A DNA stretch of 60,486 nucleotides from the IMG/VR virus record IMGVR_UViG_3300012154_000001, positions 1-60,486 of that record. One strand, given 5' to 3'. Position numbers and translations under genes: made by a program. This document shows positions 23,456 through 33,080 of this stretch, one piece after another (the stretch's first letter is position 1; every line of letters starts with the position of its first letter). The DNA is from a virus. The notes under the pieces are model-generated. The model was not told the origin of the DNA and made no database searches. It saw nothing but the letters and a program-made list of their open reading frames with translations.

Positions 23456-25378
23456 ATGAATATAAAACTGAAAGAAATACGTATTGAAAACTTCAAAGGC
23501 ATCAGGGAACTGACCGTGAATTTTCAGGACAGGACATATATTTTCGGTCAAAACGCCACGGGTAAAACGACCATCATGGACGGTTTTATGTGGCTGTTAT
23601 TCGGCAAAGACAGTCTGGGTAGGGCAGATTTTAGTATCCGGCCAAACGACACGGACGGCAAAGTCATCAATAATGTTGTTATCAAGGTTACAGCCGCCTT
23701 GGATATTGATGGATGGGAACTTATCCTAACCAAGACCCAAGAACAAAATTGGGTAAAGAAGCGCGGGAGTGATGTGACAGAGCTTCAGGGCAATATTAAC
23801 AGCTATGAAGTCAACGAAATTCCCAAATCCGAGAAGGATTACAAGGCGTACATAAGCGAGTTGATTAATGAGGAGCTTTTCAAGCTAATAACCAGTCCAC
23901 GGGCGTTCACCTCCTTGAAATGGAAAGATCAACGAGATATTCTGCTGAAACTGGTTTCGAATGTGACCGATCTGGATGTGGCTGAAACCGACGAAAAGTT
24001 TGCCGCGCTGGCGCCGATGTTAAAAGATGCGTCCGTAGATGACTTGACCGCCAAAACAAAAAAGGCGCTGAAAGAACTGAACAAGAAACAGGCAGAACTG
24101 CCGGCACGAATCGACGAAGCCAACAAGGGCCTGGTGGATGCCGACTTTGCGGCATGCGAAGCCCAAAAAACAGATTTGGAAAGCCAGATCAAGGAGTTGG
24201 AGAGTCAGGAGGCTGACGCGTCTAAGGTCGGCGAGGCCATGGAAAACCTACAGCGGGACATTGTCCGCAAGCAGTCCGAAATAGGGGAACTCCAGCGGCG
24301 GGAAAATGAAACGTTGATCAATCAGCGCCGGGAAATCCAAAAGCGGATAGACGGCGCAGAGGCGGTATTTACGCGGGCTTTTAGATTTCAAACCGAGATC
24401 GAGAACGATATACAGCACAAGAGCGAACTCATTGAGGGATACAGGACGCTTAAGGAGTCATTGCTCAAAAAGTACAAAGAAACAGCGGCTATTGACATGG
24501 ACATCAATGATTGTAACTGTCCCATGTGCGGCCAAGTCCTTCCTGCCGATCAGCAAGAAGAAAAGGTTGCGGAATTCCGCGAAAGCAAACAGAAATCTAT
24601 CGACGATACTGTGAGTACTGGCAAGAAGGTTGCTGCCGACATCCTCACACTGGAATCGGACATCAAAGAGTTACAAGGGCAGCTGGAAGAATGCAAGGCT
24701 GACAAGATCAAACAGAATGCCCTGAAAACGGCAGCCATGAAAGAGCTTGGAGCCTTGCCGCAGGAGGTGGATTTGACCACGAATGGCGAGTATCTGGTCT
24801 TGTGGGAAGAGGTTATGCAGCTACAGGCGAGAGCCAAGGACATGGAAAGCGGTTCGGGCTATCTTGATCAGATCAGACGGCAAAAAGCTGGCTTAGTGGC
24901 AGAACTGGATAGCGTCAAGACCATTCTTGCCGGAAAAGACAATAATCAGCGGGTTAAGGATCGCATTGCAGAGCTACAACAAGAACAGCGATCTGTAGCG
25001 CAGAAAATTGCCAATCAGGAAAAGGGATTGTTTCTTTTGGAGGAATTCACAAGGGCCAAAATGGATATGTTATCATCCCGGATCAATGAAAAATTCAAGC
25101 TGGTTAACTTCCGGTTGTTTGAAGATCAGCTGAATGGCGGGTGCAAGGAAACCTGTGAGTGCACGATTTACGGTGTGCCTTTTGAATCTTTGAGTTTTGC
25201 ATTTAAAACAGTCGCCGGACTGGACATTATAATCGCCTTGCAAGACATTTATGGCACGACTGCCCCGATCTTTGTTGACAACGCGGAGTCTATTAATGGC
25301 TTTAATATCCCGGATGTGGCTGGTCAGTTAATTTTATTAATAGTGTCCGAAGACGAAAAATTGAAAGTTGAGGTATAG
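23456..25378 (+). CDS. SbcC/Rad50-like AAA ATPase with zinc hook
   Basis: Walker A GQNATGKTT. Long coiled coils with a central CPMCGQ hook. C-terminal IFVDNAES (Walker B / D-loop). Confidence 0.8.
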   Translation: MNIKLKEIRIENFKGIRELTVNFQDRTYIFGQNATGKTTIMDGFMWLLFGKDSLGRADFSIRPNDTDGKVINNVVIKVTAALDIDGWELILTKTQEQNWVKKRGSDVTELQGNINSYEVNEIPKSEKDYKAYISELINEELFKLITSPRAFTSLKWKDQRDILLKLVSNVTDLDVAETDEKFAALAPMLKDASVDDLTAKTKKALKELNKKQAELPARIDEANKGLVDADFAACEAQKTDLESQIKELESQEADASKVGEAMENLQRDIVRKQSEIGELQRRENETLINQRREIQKRIDGAEAVFTRAFRFQTEIENDIQHKSELIEGYRTLKESLLKKYKETAAIDMDINDCNCPMCGQVLPADQQEEKVAEFRESKQKSIDDTVSTGKKVAADILTLESDIKELQGQLEECKADKIKQNALKTAAMKELGALPQEVDLTTNGEYLVLWEEVMQLQARAKDMESGSGYLDQIRRQKAGLVAELDSVKTILAGKDNNQRVKDRIAELQQEQRSVAQKIANQEKGLFLLEEFTRAKMDMLSSRINEKFKLVNFRLFEDQLNGGCKETCECTIYGVPFESLSFAFKTVAGLDIIIALQDIYGTTAPIFVDNAESINGFNIPDVAGQLILLIVSEDEKLKVEV

Positions 25379-25382
25379 GAAG

Positions 25383-26303
25383 ATGGCAAATGAGATACAG
25401 GAAGTCAAGATGGGAATCACCCAAGCTGGTATCGACTACGTGGTCGGGGAGCTGGACAAAAAGAAGGAAAAAGGACTTAAGTTTCCAGTCAACTACAGCA
25501 TTACAAATGCAATGCAGTCCGCATTTTTGATGTTGCGGGAAGCGGAAAACAAAGAGGGGAAGCCGTTATTGTCTGTCTGTACCCAAGATTCCGTTGTCCA
25601 ATCACTGATGCAGATGGCAACGCAAGGACTTAACCCGGTGAAAAAACAATGCTATTTCGTTGCTTACGGGAAAAAGTGTTCATTGGTTCCGTCCTATTTT
25701 GGGACGCTGGCCATCCTTAAAAGGGTTGTTAATGTAGTTGGAGAGCCAGTAGCGAACATTATCTATAAGGGTGATATTTTCGAATATTCCTTTGATCTAG
25801 ACACAGGCGAAACCGTTATTACGAAGCACGAGCAGAAGTTAGATAATATGGATAATGCCAATATTGGGGGTGCATATGCCATCGTTAGGACTGAAAATCA
25901 GAAGATTATTGAAATCATGAATATTAATCAACTGAAAAAGGCATGGGCGCAGGGAAGATCATGGCAAGCAGCAGAAAAGGGTGGCTATGACTCCAAAACA
26001 CATACTAATTTCACGGAAGAAATGGCGAAAAAAACGGTGCTGAACCGGGCCTGTAAAAAACTGATCAATTCCACTGACGACAGTTCATTGATGGGACATG
26101 AGTTCCTGGAGGCATACAACGACACAGAATCCAACGACACCTTGGATGTCGTAGCCGAACAAGTGGCGGTTACGATTGAGGAAAACGCAAACAGCGTTGA
26201 TTTTGTCGAGGACGATCAGGCACCGGCAGCGGATGCGACACCAACGACACCGGCAGCACCGGAGCCAGCCGAAGAAGTGACCGAGGAAAAAGACCCATTT
26301 TAA
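25383..26303 (+). CDS. recT: RecT-family single-strand annealing protein
   Basis: Start at MANEIQ. QCYFVAYGKKCSLVPSYFGTLAILKRV fits the RecT core. Acidic, Pro/Ala-rich tail. Confidence 0.75.
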   Translation: MANEIQEVKMGITQAGIDYVVGELDKKKEKGLKFPVNYSITNAMQSAFLMLREAENKEGKPLLSVCTQDSVVQSLMQMATQGLNPVKKQCYFVAYGKKCSLVPSYFGTLAILKRVVNVVGEPVANIIYKGDIFEYSFDLDTGETVITKHEQKLDNMDNANIGGAYAIVRTENQKIIEIMNINQLKKAWAQGRSWQAAEKGGYDSKTHTNFTEEMAKKTVLNRACKKLINSTDDSSLMGHEFLEAYNDTESNDTLDVVAEQVAVTIEENANSVDFVEDDQAPAADATPTTPAAPEPAEEVTEEKDPF

Positions 26304-26312
26304 GGAGAGCGC

Positions 26313-27008
26313 ATGAAAGTAACATGTTTAGGGAGCGGATCGGCGGGTAACTGCTATCTGCTCCACAACGAAACAGAGTGTTTGGTCATAGAGGCCGGAA
26401 TATCGTTTAAAGAAGTAAAAAAGGCGTTGAACTTTGATGTCGACAAGATTCACGGCGTGATAGTGACCCACGAACACGGAGATCATGCCGCGTATATCAA
26501 TCAATATTTGCAAGCAGGTATACCGGTTTTGAGACCGTGGCATGAGTCCGGCATAGATGCCTTGTCATATCCACTTACGGCTGGGTTCTTGCCGTTTACG
26601 GTCAAAGTTTTTGATCAAGTGCATGACGTTCCCTGTTATGGCTTTCTGATTTCCCACAGGGAAATGGGGCGGCTGCTTTTTGCAACTGATACCGAGTACG
26701 TAAAGTATCGGTTCAAAAGCTTGAACCACATCATGATTGAATGTAACTACAGCGTCCGTCTACTACGGAGTGCCTACCATGAGGGTTTGCGGGATCGTGT
26801 CCGAATGACTCACATGGAGTTAGAGACATGTAAAGACTTCATCCGAGCCAATCAGAGCAATGACTTGAAATCGGTCTGTTTGATGCACTTGTCCAACCAG
26901 ACAAGCGACGAAGAGGGATTCCGGCGAGAGATAGAGGACTTGGTGACGTGTCCGGTCTACGTGGCGGATAAGGGTTTAGAATATGAATTACAAGGAGGGA
27001 ACAAATGA
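26313..27008 (+). CDS. MBL-fold metallo-hydrolase (likely recombination exonuclease)
   Basis: Has the THEHGDH (HxHxDH) motif. Sits between the RecT and SSB genes. Confidence 0.75.
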   Translation: MKVTCLGSGSAGNCYLLHNETECLVIEAGISFKEVKKALNFDVDKIHGVIVTHEHGDHAAYINQYLQAGIPVLRPWHESGIDALSYPLTAGFLPFTVKVFDQVHDVPCYGFLISHREMGRLLFATDTEYVKYRFKSLNHIMIECNYSVRLLRSAYHEGLRDRVRMTHMELETCKDFIRANQSNDLKSVCLMHLSNQTSDEEGFRREIEDLVTCPVYVADKGLEYELQGGNK

Positions 27009-27442
27009 ATAAAGTAATTTTAATCGGGCGCTTAACCGATGACCCGGACGTGCGTTATTCAGATTCGGGTACCACGGTAGCCAAATTCAGCGTGGCAGTT
27101 GACCGTAGGTATAAAAAAGATGGGGAGCAGAGCGCAGACTTTCCCCGCATAGTAGCATTTGGAAAGACGGCTGAATTTATCGAAAAATATTTCAGAAAGG
27201 GAAACCGGATTGTGCTTGAGGGAAGATTGCAAACCAGCTCTTACACGAACAAGGATGGGCAGAAGGTCTACACCACTGATGTGATTGTTGACCAGGTGGA
27301 ATTTGGTGAAAGCAAAGCCCCTTCTGCCAATAACGGAGGCGATTATCAGCCAACCAGCCGACCGGTTCCAGCAACCGTGATCAACGACGGATTCATGAAC
27401 ATTCCGGACGGCGTAGAAGACGAAAGTTTACCATTTAATTAA
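27005..27442 (+). CDS. ssb: Single-stranded DNA-binding protein
   Basis: OB-fold N-terminus (MNKVILIGRLTDDPDVRY). Acidic C-terminal tip DESLPF. Confidence 0.9.
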   Translation: MNKVILIGRLTDDPDVRYSDSGTTVAKFSVAVDRRYKKDGEQSADFPRIVAFGKTAEFIEKYFRKGNRIVLEGRLQTSSYTNKDGQKVYTTDVIVDQVEFGESKAPSANNGGDYQPTSRPVPATVINDGFMNIPDGVEDESLPFN

Positions 27443-27457
27443 ACAGGAGGTCAGCAG

Positions 27458-27925
27458 ATGGTAATACAAATTGATTCACGCGAAAAGGCTCGTGCAATCC
27501 GCAAGATTGTGGAGACTTTTGATAAGCAGGGAGTACAGCACTTTATAAGCAAGCTTCACGTTGGTGATTACATGAATTTTGATAACCCGCGGCTGATCAT
27601 TGACCGCAAACAAAATCTGACGGAACTGACAAGCAACGTCTGCCAGGGCCACAGGCGGTTCACGGACGAACTGCGGAGGGCGCAAGAAATCGGTGTAAAG
27701 GTGATTGTTTTGGTCGAGCATAGCAATCAGATCAAGAGCATTGACGATGTGCACAAATGGACTAATCCCCGCCTAAAATCATCCCCTAAAGCCGTCACCG
27801 GCGAGAAGCTGGAAAAGATACTGAAAACCATGGAACGGAAGTATAACACGGAATTTCTGTTTTGTGACAAGCTACACACAGGAACGCGGATAATTGAACT
27901 CTTAGAAGGGCGTGAGGCAACTTGA
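27458..27925 (+). CDS. ERCC4-type nuclease (structure-specific / resolvase-like)
   Basis: IDSREK, GDY and IIDRKQNLTELTSNV fit the ERCC4 GDY...ERK..DL..S pattern. Confidence 0.6.
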   Translation: MVIQIDSREKARAIRKIVETFDKQGVQHFISKLHVGDYMNFDNPRLIIDRKQNLTELTSNVCQGHRRFTDELRRAQEIGVKVIVLVEHSNQIKSIDDVHKWTNPRLKSSPKAVTGEKLEKILKTMERKYNTEFLFCDKLHTGTRIIELLEGREAT

Positions 27926-28203
27926 CCAGCCGAAAAATGGAAGCAATCAAAAAGGCAGAGTCAAAGCAAAAGCATGCCTTAATCGAGGCAGAGAACAGGT
28001 CTTTTATGGCCTGGCGCAAAACGCGACTCTTTCAAGTGTGTAGATTGTTGCGGCTCTTGGATCAGTTGATTCCGTTGTATCCTCCTTTTTCGGACGAACA
28101 ATGTGTAGCTGTTGAAATGATGATTCAAAATGAACAAAAATACCAAGTCCTTGCAAGCGGGACAAGGGAGGAGCAGGAGGAAATGAGACGACAGGATGAA
28201 TGA
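27922..28203 (+). CDS. Hypothetical protein
   Basis: TTG 27922 or ATG 27937 as start. Overlaps both neighbours. Confidence 0.4.
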   Translation: MTSRKMEAIKKAESKQKHALIEAENRSFMAWRKTRLFQVCRLLRLLDQLIPLYPPFSDEQCVAVEMMIQNEQKYQVLASGTREEQEEMRRQDE

Positions 28204-30031
28204 GCCGTGGAAAGAATTTACAAAAGACGAATTTAATACGGAAGCGCCCTATGCCCTCTTATTCAGCCACAAGGACGATGGTTTTGCCCACATGCAGTTA
28301 TTTAATACGTTATCGGCCAATGCCGAACGGGTGGGATTTAAACGCTTTAGCATGATGGTTAAGGCTTACTTTGCCCAGCATGAGGACCGTAAAGGGGGAA
28401 TAAGTAGCGTTGTCAACAACCTGACCAACTTTCGGGATCAGTCAATTGAGCTTTTTACCGGCGATTGGATGGCCGACGATCATGGCATTGTCCGGCGAAA
28501 CGATAACCAAGGCATGGACGTGGCCTGTATCCATCCGATCCTGCCGGTGCAGCGGCTGGTCAATATCGACGATGGAACCGTGCGCTTGAAACTGATGTTT
28601 CGCCGGGATTTCAGGGATTGGAAAGAAGTAGTGGCCGACAAGAGTATGTTATTCAGTGCAAGGGAGATAAAAAAATTGGCTGACAGGGATGTGTCGGTTT
28701 CCGACAAGAACGCATCATATTTGGTGGAATACCTCCAGGATATTGACGATCTGAACCACAACACAATTCCCGAGGTGCAGTCAGTAAGTCACCTTGGGTG
28801 GACATCCAACGGGATGTTTAGCCCTTACATGAAAAACTTGGAATTTGATGGGCTGGACAATTTCCGCAGTATTTTTCAGGCCGTTCGAACGCATGGAACG
28901 TTTGAGGAATGGCTTGAGATCGCGAGAGAAGTGCGAAAGACTAACACACCGGCCCGGATTGCTCTGGCTTCGAGTTTTGCGTCGGTGATTCTTAAGACGA
29001 TTGGAAAACTGAATTTTATGGTCCATTTCTGGGGTGGATCGGGAACCGGTAAAACAGTTGCCCAGCTGCTTGCCGTATCCGTGTGGGCAGACCCCGGCGA
29101 CGGCGCGGGCTATATGCAGACGTTCAATGGGACCCTTGTGGGGCTGGAACAACAGGCGAGTTTTGTCAACAACCTACCGCTGGTCCTGGATGAATTCCAG
29201 CTGGTAAAAGACAAGAAATCTTTTGAGCAAGCCGTCTATATGCTGTGCGAGGGAGTGGGCAAGACAAGGGGAGCTAAGACCGGTGGACTGCAAAAGACAC
29301 CTGTATGGAAGAATTGTATTATCACGTCCGGAGAAAGCCCGATCACCCATGCGGCATCCGGTGCCGGAGCTATGAACCGAATTATAGAGATTGAATGCCG
29401 GGATAACCTGTTTGCGGACGCACCGACGCTATTGGATGGTATCCGGCACAATTACGGACATGCCGGAAAGCTGTTTATGGGCTTCATGACCGCAGAGGCG
29501 GCGAGAGAAAAGGCGGTAGGACTGTACAAGAGCTATTATCAGGCTCTTGGTACGGCCAGCACGGAAAAACAGACCATGGCGGCGGCTGCCATCCTTACAG
29601 CGGACGCTCTGGCCACGGAATGGCTGTTTTGCGACGGTAGAGGGCTCACAGTAGAGGATATTGAAAAATACCTGCACAGCAAGGATAACGTGGACGCTGG
29701 GCTTCGAGGGTACGAGTACATACAAGAGTACTACGTGAGCAACTCAGCCAAATTTGAGGCTGATTTTGATCCCTGTTTCGGTACTGTCATGGGTGACGAA
29801 TTGCGGTTCATCAAGCGCAATTTTGAGCAAGTATGCGAAGAGGGCGGGTATAATCCCAAAGCGCTTCTGTCATGGCTTGATCAGGCGGGCAGATTAGACA
29901 AGGGAAAAGACAGTCTGTATAAGTCGACTAAGATTAACGGGACTGCTACTCGCTGCGCTTGTATTAACATGGCGGAGTCCCTACAAATAGAGTTTGATCC
30001 GGTCGGAAACACGGATTTGCCGTTTAAATAG
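28196..30031 (+). CDS. Replicative primase/helicase-like protein (DUF927 / SF3-type NTPase)
   Basis: 611 aa. Walker A FWGGSGTGKT and Walker B LVLDEF. The iteron array lies immediately downstream. Confidence 0.65.
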   Translation: MNEPWKEFTKDEFNTEAPYALLFSHKDDGFAHMQLFNTLSANAERVGFKRFSMMVKAYFAQHEDRKGGISSVVNNLTNFRDQSIELFTGDWMADDHGIVRRNDNQGMDVACIHPILPVQRLVNIDDGTVRLKLMFRRDFRDWKEVVADKSMLFSAREIKKLADRDVSVSDKNASYLVEYLQDIDDLNHNTIPEVQSVSHLGWTSNGMFSPYMKNLEFDGLDNFRSIFQAVRTHGTFEEWLEIAREVRKTNTPARIALASSFASVILKTIGKLNFMVHFWGGSGTGKTVAQLLAVSVWADPGDGAGYMQTFNGTLVGLEQQASFVNNLPLVLDEFQLVKDKKSFEQAVYMLCEGVGKTRGAKTGGLQKTPVWKNCIITSGESPITHAASGAGAMNRIIEIECRDNLFADAPTLLDGIRHNYGHAGKLFMGFMTAEAAREKAVGLYKSYYQALGTASTEKQTMAAAAILTADALATEWLFCDGRGLTVEDIEKYLHSKDNVDAGLRGYEYIQEYYVSNSAKFEADFDPCFGTVMGDELRFIKRNFEQVCEEGGYNPKALLSWLDQAGRLDKGKDSLYKSTKINGTATRCACINMAESLQIEFDPVGNTDLPFK

Positions 30032-30333
30032 GCATCCGTTACAGGAAAAACGCAAAAAGTTACGGGATTTTTAGCAGTTCTGTAACCGAAGAATGTAGCA
30101 TTTATGCGGGTTTGAGGGGCATGGTTACAGGGTTACAGAAGTTACAGACTTTTTATAAGCTTATAGGGAGGCACACTGAGAGAGAAAAAAAACAGGTTTT
30201 ACACATACCCCGCGCACGTGAGGAAAAAACGTTGTAACCCTGTAACCCTGTAACCGCACCCTCTAAAGCCAGTAAAATCAAGGGTTTTACGGTTACAGAC
30301 AGTTGTAACCCTTTGTAACGGAAAGGAGGCAGC
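30032..30333. repeat. Iteron array, probable replication origin
   Basis: GTTACAG at 30038, 30124, 30132, 30141 and 30292. CTGTAAC at 30080, 30240 and 30248. TTGTAAC at 30232, 30303 and 30313. GTTACGG at 30059. A-rich spacer around 30150-30230. Confidence 0.7.
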
Positions 30334-30579
30334 ATGACGGATAAAGAGGCTCAAAACAGTTTCAATGATGTCTGGTTGAATTTATGGAACAAGTACAAAG
30401 ACCTTTCGTCAAAAGATGATTACGCTAAAATATGGGAAGCACTCCACGAGGAATCTACCAACATGAAAAAGAAGTATCCACTGATGGAAGAAGCGATCAG
30501 TCGGATGACATCCGAAATTATTGAGCGGGCCAGAGGTCGGGGAAGGATTTCCGGCGATTACCACCGGCCGCCGACTTAG
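30334..30579 (+). CDS. Hypothetical protein
   Basis: 81 aa with an AAAGGAGG SD. Confidence 0.5.
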   Translation: MTDKEAQNSFNDVWLNLWNKYKDLSSKDDYAKIWEALHEESTNMKKKYPLMEEAISRMTSEIIERARGRGRISGDYHRPPT

Positions 30580-30604
30580 ATAATTATTTACAGGAGGATA
30601 AATA

Positions 30605-31072
30605 ATGGGACATCCGGAGCAAAGAGTACTAGACCTTGTGCCGCAGATGACAGAGCTTTTTAAACAAGGCGAAGATATATATACCATAGCCCGTCATCTG
30701 GGCGTAAGGTACGAGACAGTGGCGCGCTACCTGGAAAGATGTGAATTAATCGCAGAACAGCGCAAGAATAGCCGGAGACAACGGGAGGAGCGGATGGAGA
30801 ACGAAGCCATAACCAAAGCTGACATAGCGAGGTTACGCTCCTGCATCCGCATAGGTGACACGGTTCCGGTGGTGATGGAAGTGGCCGACCGCGAGAGCGC
30901 CAACCTCGCACCAATTGAGGTTCGCAAAGATATGTATGTCACGAAGATTTTAGACGGCGGCAGGGGTGTTTTGGTTAGCGAGGACATGGGTGAACGGTCC
31001 GTGAGGATGGTAACGTATGTGGATATTTTACAAGAATTAGAGGGGGTAAGACGTGAAAAACATATTATTTAG
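30605..31072 (+). CDS. Hypothetical HTH-containing protein
   Basis: IYTIARHLGVRYETVARYLERC looks like an HTH segment. Confidence 0.45.
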   Translation: MGHPEQRVLDLVPQMTELFKQGEDIYTIARHLGVRYETVARYLERCELIAEQRKNSRRQREERMENEAITKADIARLRSCIRIGDTVPVVMEVADRESANLAPIEVRKDMYVTKILDGGRGVLVSEDMGERSVRMVTYVDILQELEGVRREKHII

Positions 31073-31670
31073 GGCGAAGCGAAAAGATACGGGCGAAATG
31101 GTGCAGGGTTCCGTGGTTAAATACGGGCCGGGTGAAGGGAAATACTATATTGTTCCTTCATACGCGTCTGCCCTGTATGGGTTTGAGGTGGAACCGGAAA
31201 CTATACGCCATTTCAACGAATCACATGATAGGGGATGGATACCAGTTGGGGAGCGGCTGCCGGAAAATGAAAAAGAGGTTGAGGTTAGCATCGAACGCCG
31301 CCTGGAGAATGGCACGCGGAGACTTACGTGTAGAGCCATTTACGAAGACGGGACTATCTGGTCGGAAAGCAGCCGTTTCAACTGGAACGACTTTGACGGC
31401 CTTGACAGTGATCTTGAGTACAGCAAGGAGCTTGACGACTGGAAGGTACCGCAAGGATGGTTTGAGGCTGCTACTTACGCGGAGGAATTTGCGGCTATAG
31501 GTGATTTTGTTGTAGCATGGCGGCCACTGCCGGAACCGTATGTGGTAGAAAACAACCAGCAAAAGAAATGCCCGTTTTTGGGATTTGACGGGCATGCGAT
31601 ATGTTTTAGCGAAGGTGAATGCCTACAGGAATATTTGGCTGGCTGCCCGGTATATGTTCCGACCGATTGA
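31053..31670 (+). CDS. YopX-like N-terminal domain + DUF551-like C-terminal domain protein
   Basis: Motifs ILFRAKRKDTGEMVQG and WIPVGERLPENEKEV. Confidence 0.55.
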   Translation: MKNILFRAKRKDTGEMVQGSVVKYGPGEGKYYIVPSYASALYGFEVEPETIRHFNESHDRGWIPVGERLPENEKEVEVSIERRLENGTRRLTCRAIYEDGTIWSESSRFNWNDFDGLDSDLEYSKELDDWKVPQGWFEAATYAEEFAAIGDFVVAWRPLPEPYVVENNQQKKCPFLGFDGHAICFSEGECLQEYLAGCPVYVPTD

Positions 31671-31690
31671 TCAGAAAAGGAGGTACAAAA

Positions 31691-31909
31691 ATGAGACAAT
31701 ATTGCCGGTACTGTTCCTTCTGTGTCACCGGGAACGGTATCTATTGCAGCGAAAAGAAAAAGACAATGAGCGAGGCAAGCGCAAAGTCAGTTAATCACTG
31801 TAAGTCATTCGATCTCAATCCGATGGACGCATTTGATCTGGACAAGGTGTATAAGCCGCGGGAAGTGAAGCAGCGGCAGTGCGACGGACAAATTGAAATG
31901 TTCGGGTGA
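31691..31909 (+). CDS. Cys-rich small protein (CxxCxxC N-terminus)
   Basis: Internal ATG after AAAGGAGGT. Begins MRQYCRYCSFC. Confidence 0.45.
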   Translation: MRQYCRYCSFCVTGNGIYCSEKKKTMSEASAKSVNHCKSFDLNPMDAFDLDKVYKPREVKQRQCDGQIEMFG

Positions 31910-31936
31910 ATTAATTTTTGGCGGAGGAAAACTATA

Positions 31937-32092
31937 ATGTCTAAAGCATGCGAAAACTGCGGTGAATGTCAATGTCTGTCCTGCCTACTAAGAGATAGCA
32001 ATATATATAATGAGGCACTTGCTTGCAATAGATGTAGCTACTGTGAGGATAATCCGGTGCATGGTTGTACAGATTTTGTTTATGAAAATTAA
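31937..32092 (+). CDS. Cys-rich micro-protein (51 aa, 9 Cys)
   Basis: Not in the ORF track. GGAGG lies 9 nt upstream. MSKACENCGECQCLSCLLRDSNIYNEALACNRCSYCEDNPVHGCTDFVYEN. Confidence 0.4.
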   Translation: MSKACENCGECQCLSCLLRDSNIYNEALACNRCSYCEDNPVHGCTDFVYEN

Positions 32093-32122
32093 AGTTAGAT
32101 TGATCAGAAAGGCGGTGAGGAT

Positions 32123-33049
32123 ATCAAGATAGGATTGATAGACGTGGACGGCCATAATTTTCCTAATTTGCCCTTAATGAAGCTATCAGCATGGCATAAG
32201 CAGCAAGGGGACAGGGTTGAGTGGTACGATCCGATGTTTTCTAATCATTGTGACCGGGTGTATATGAGCAAGGTGTTTTCTTTCTCACCGGACTATGACG
32301 ATTGTATTGATGCCAATGAGGTCATCCGGTGTGGTAGTGGTTATTGTATTGACCTGGTTGACGGCAAAGAGGTTTACCGGTCAGACCGTGATACTTCGCT
32401 GCCGGAAGAGATTGAACACATCTATCCGGATTACAGCATATACCCGGACTTGACCAAGGACACGGCGTTCGGATTCCTAACCCGCGGATGCCCAAGGGGG
32501 TGCAGCTTCTGCCACGTTGCCGCCAAAGAGGGCCGGTGCAGTATCAAGGTTGCTGATCTACGGGCGTTCTGGGACGGACAGGGGCATGTAACACTATGCG
32601 ACCCTAACATATTAGCTTGTCGGGATAGGGACGACCTATTAAGGCAGCTGGTGGAGTCAAGGGCGATTATAGATTTCACCCAAGGCATTGATGTCAGACT
32701 TGCAACACCGGAGCGCATAGAAATGCTTAACCGGATGCGAATCAAGAGGATACATATGGCTTGGGACCATCCCGATCAGGACTTGACAGAGGATTTCAAA
32801 CGGTTTTCGGAGTGTTACAACCGGAAGTCGGAAAGCGGCAAAGTGGTCTACGTGCTGACAAATTATAACAGCACGATAGAGCAAGACCTGCACCGGATAT
32901 ATACCTTGCGTGATCTCAAATATGATCCCTACGTGATGTTATACGACAAGGAGCATGCTGATCAGCAGCACAGGGACCTACAGCGATGGGTTAACAATCG
33001 AATCATCTGGCGAAAGTGCCGGAGATTTGAGGATTATGAAAAAGTATAA
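32123..33049 (+). CDS. Radical SAM enzyme with N-terminal B12-binding-like domain; start probably ATC 32123 (ORF-track TTG 32135)
   Basis: CPRGCSFC is a CxxxCxxC cluster. In-frame IKIGLIDVDGHNF lies upstream of the TTG. GGCGG SD is 7 nt before the ATC. Confidence 0.75.
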   Translation: MKIGLIDVDGHNFPNLPLMKLSAWHKQQGDRVEWYDPMFSNHCDRVYMSKVFSFSPDYDDCIDANEVIRCGSGYCIDLVDGKEVYRSDRDTSLPEEIEHIYPDYSIYPDLTKDTAFGFLTRGCPRGCSFCHVAAKEGRCSIKVADLRAFWDGQGHVTLCDPNILACRDRDDLLRQLVESRAIIDFTQGIDVRLATPERIEMLNRMRIKRIHMAWDHPDQDLTEDFKRFSECYNRKSESGKVVYVLTNYNSTIEQDLHRIYTLRDLKYDPYVMLYDKEHADQQHRDLQRWVNNRIIWRKCRRFEDYEKV

Positions 33050-33080
33050 GTACAAAACAGAGAGGCGGTGAGAATCAAGC

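Noticed and set aside
30032-30333. Possible CRISPR array (also considered for 20435-20790 and 49395-49490).
   Set aside because: The repeat units are 7-9 bp (or only two copies of 29 bp). Spacing is irregular and the units occur in both orientations. There are no 25-40 bp repeat and spacer alternation and no cas genes.
31937-33049. Cys-rich 51-aa peptide plus radical SAM read as a SCIFF/ranthipeptide-type RiPP pair; the peptide shares CGECQ with SCIFF peptides.
   Set aside because: The radical SAM protein has no Cys-rich SPASM/twitch C-terminal domain, with only one Cys after residue 200. The neighbours are DNA-oriented enzymes. I kept it only as an alternative to test within the modification-island finding.
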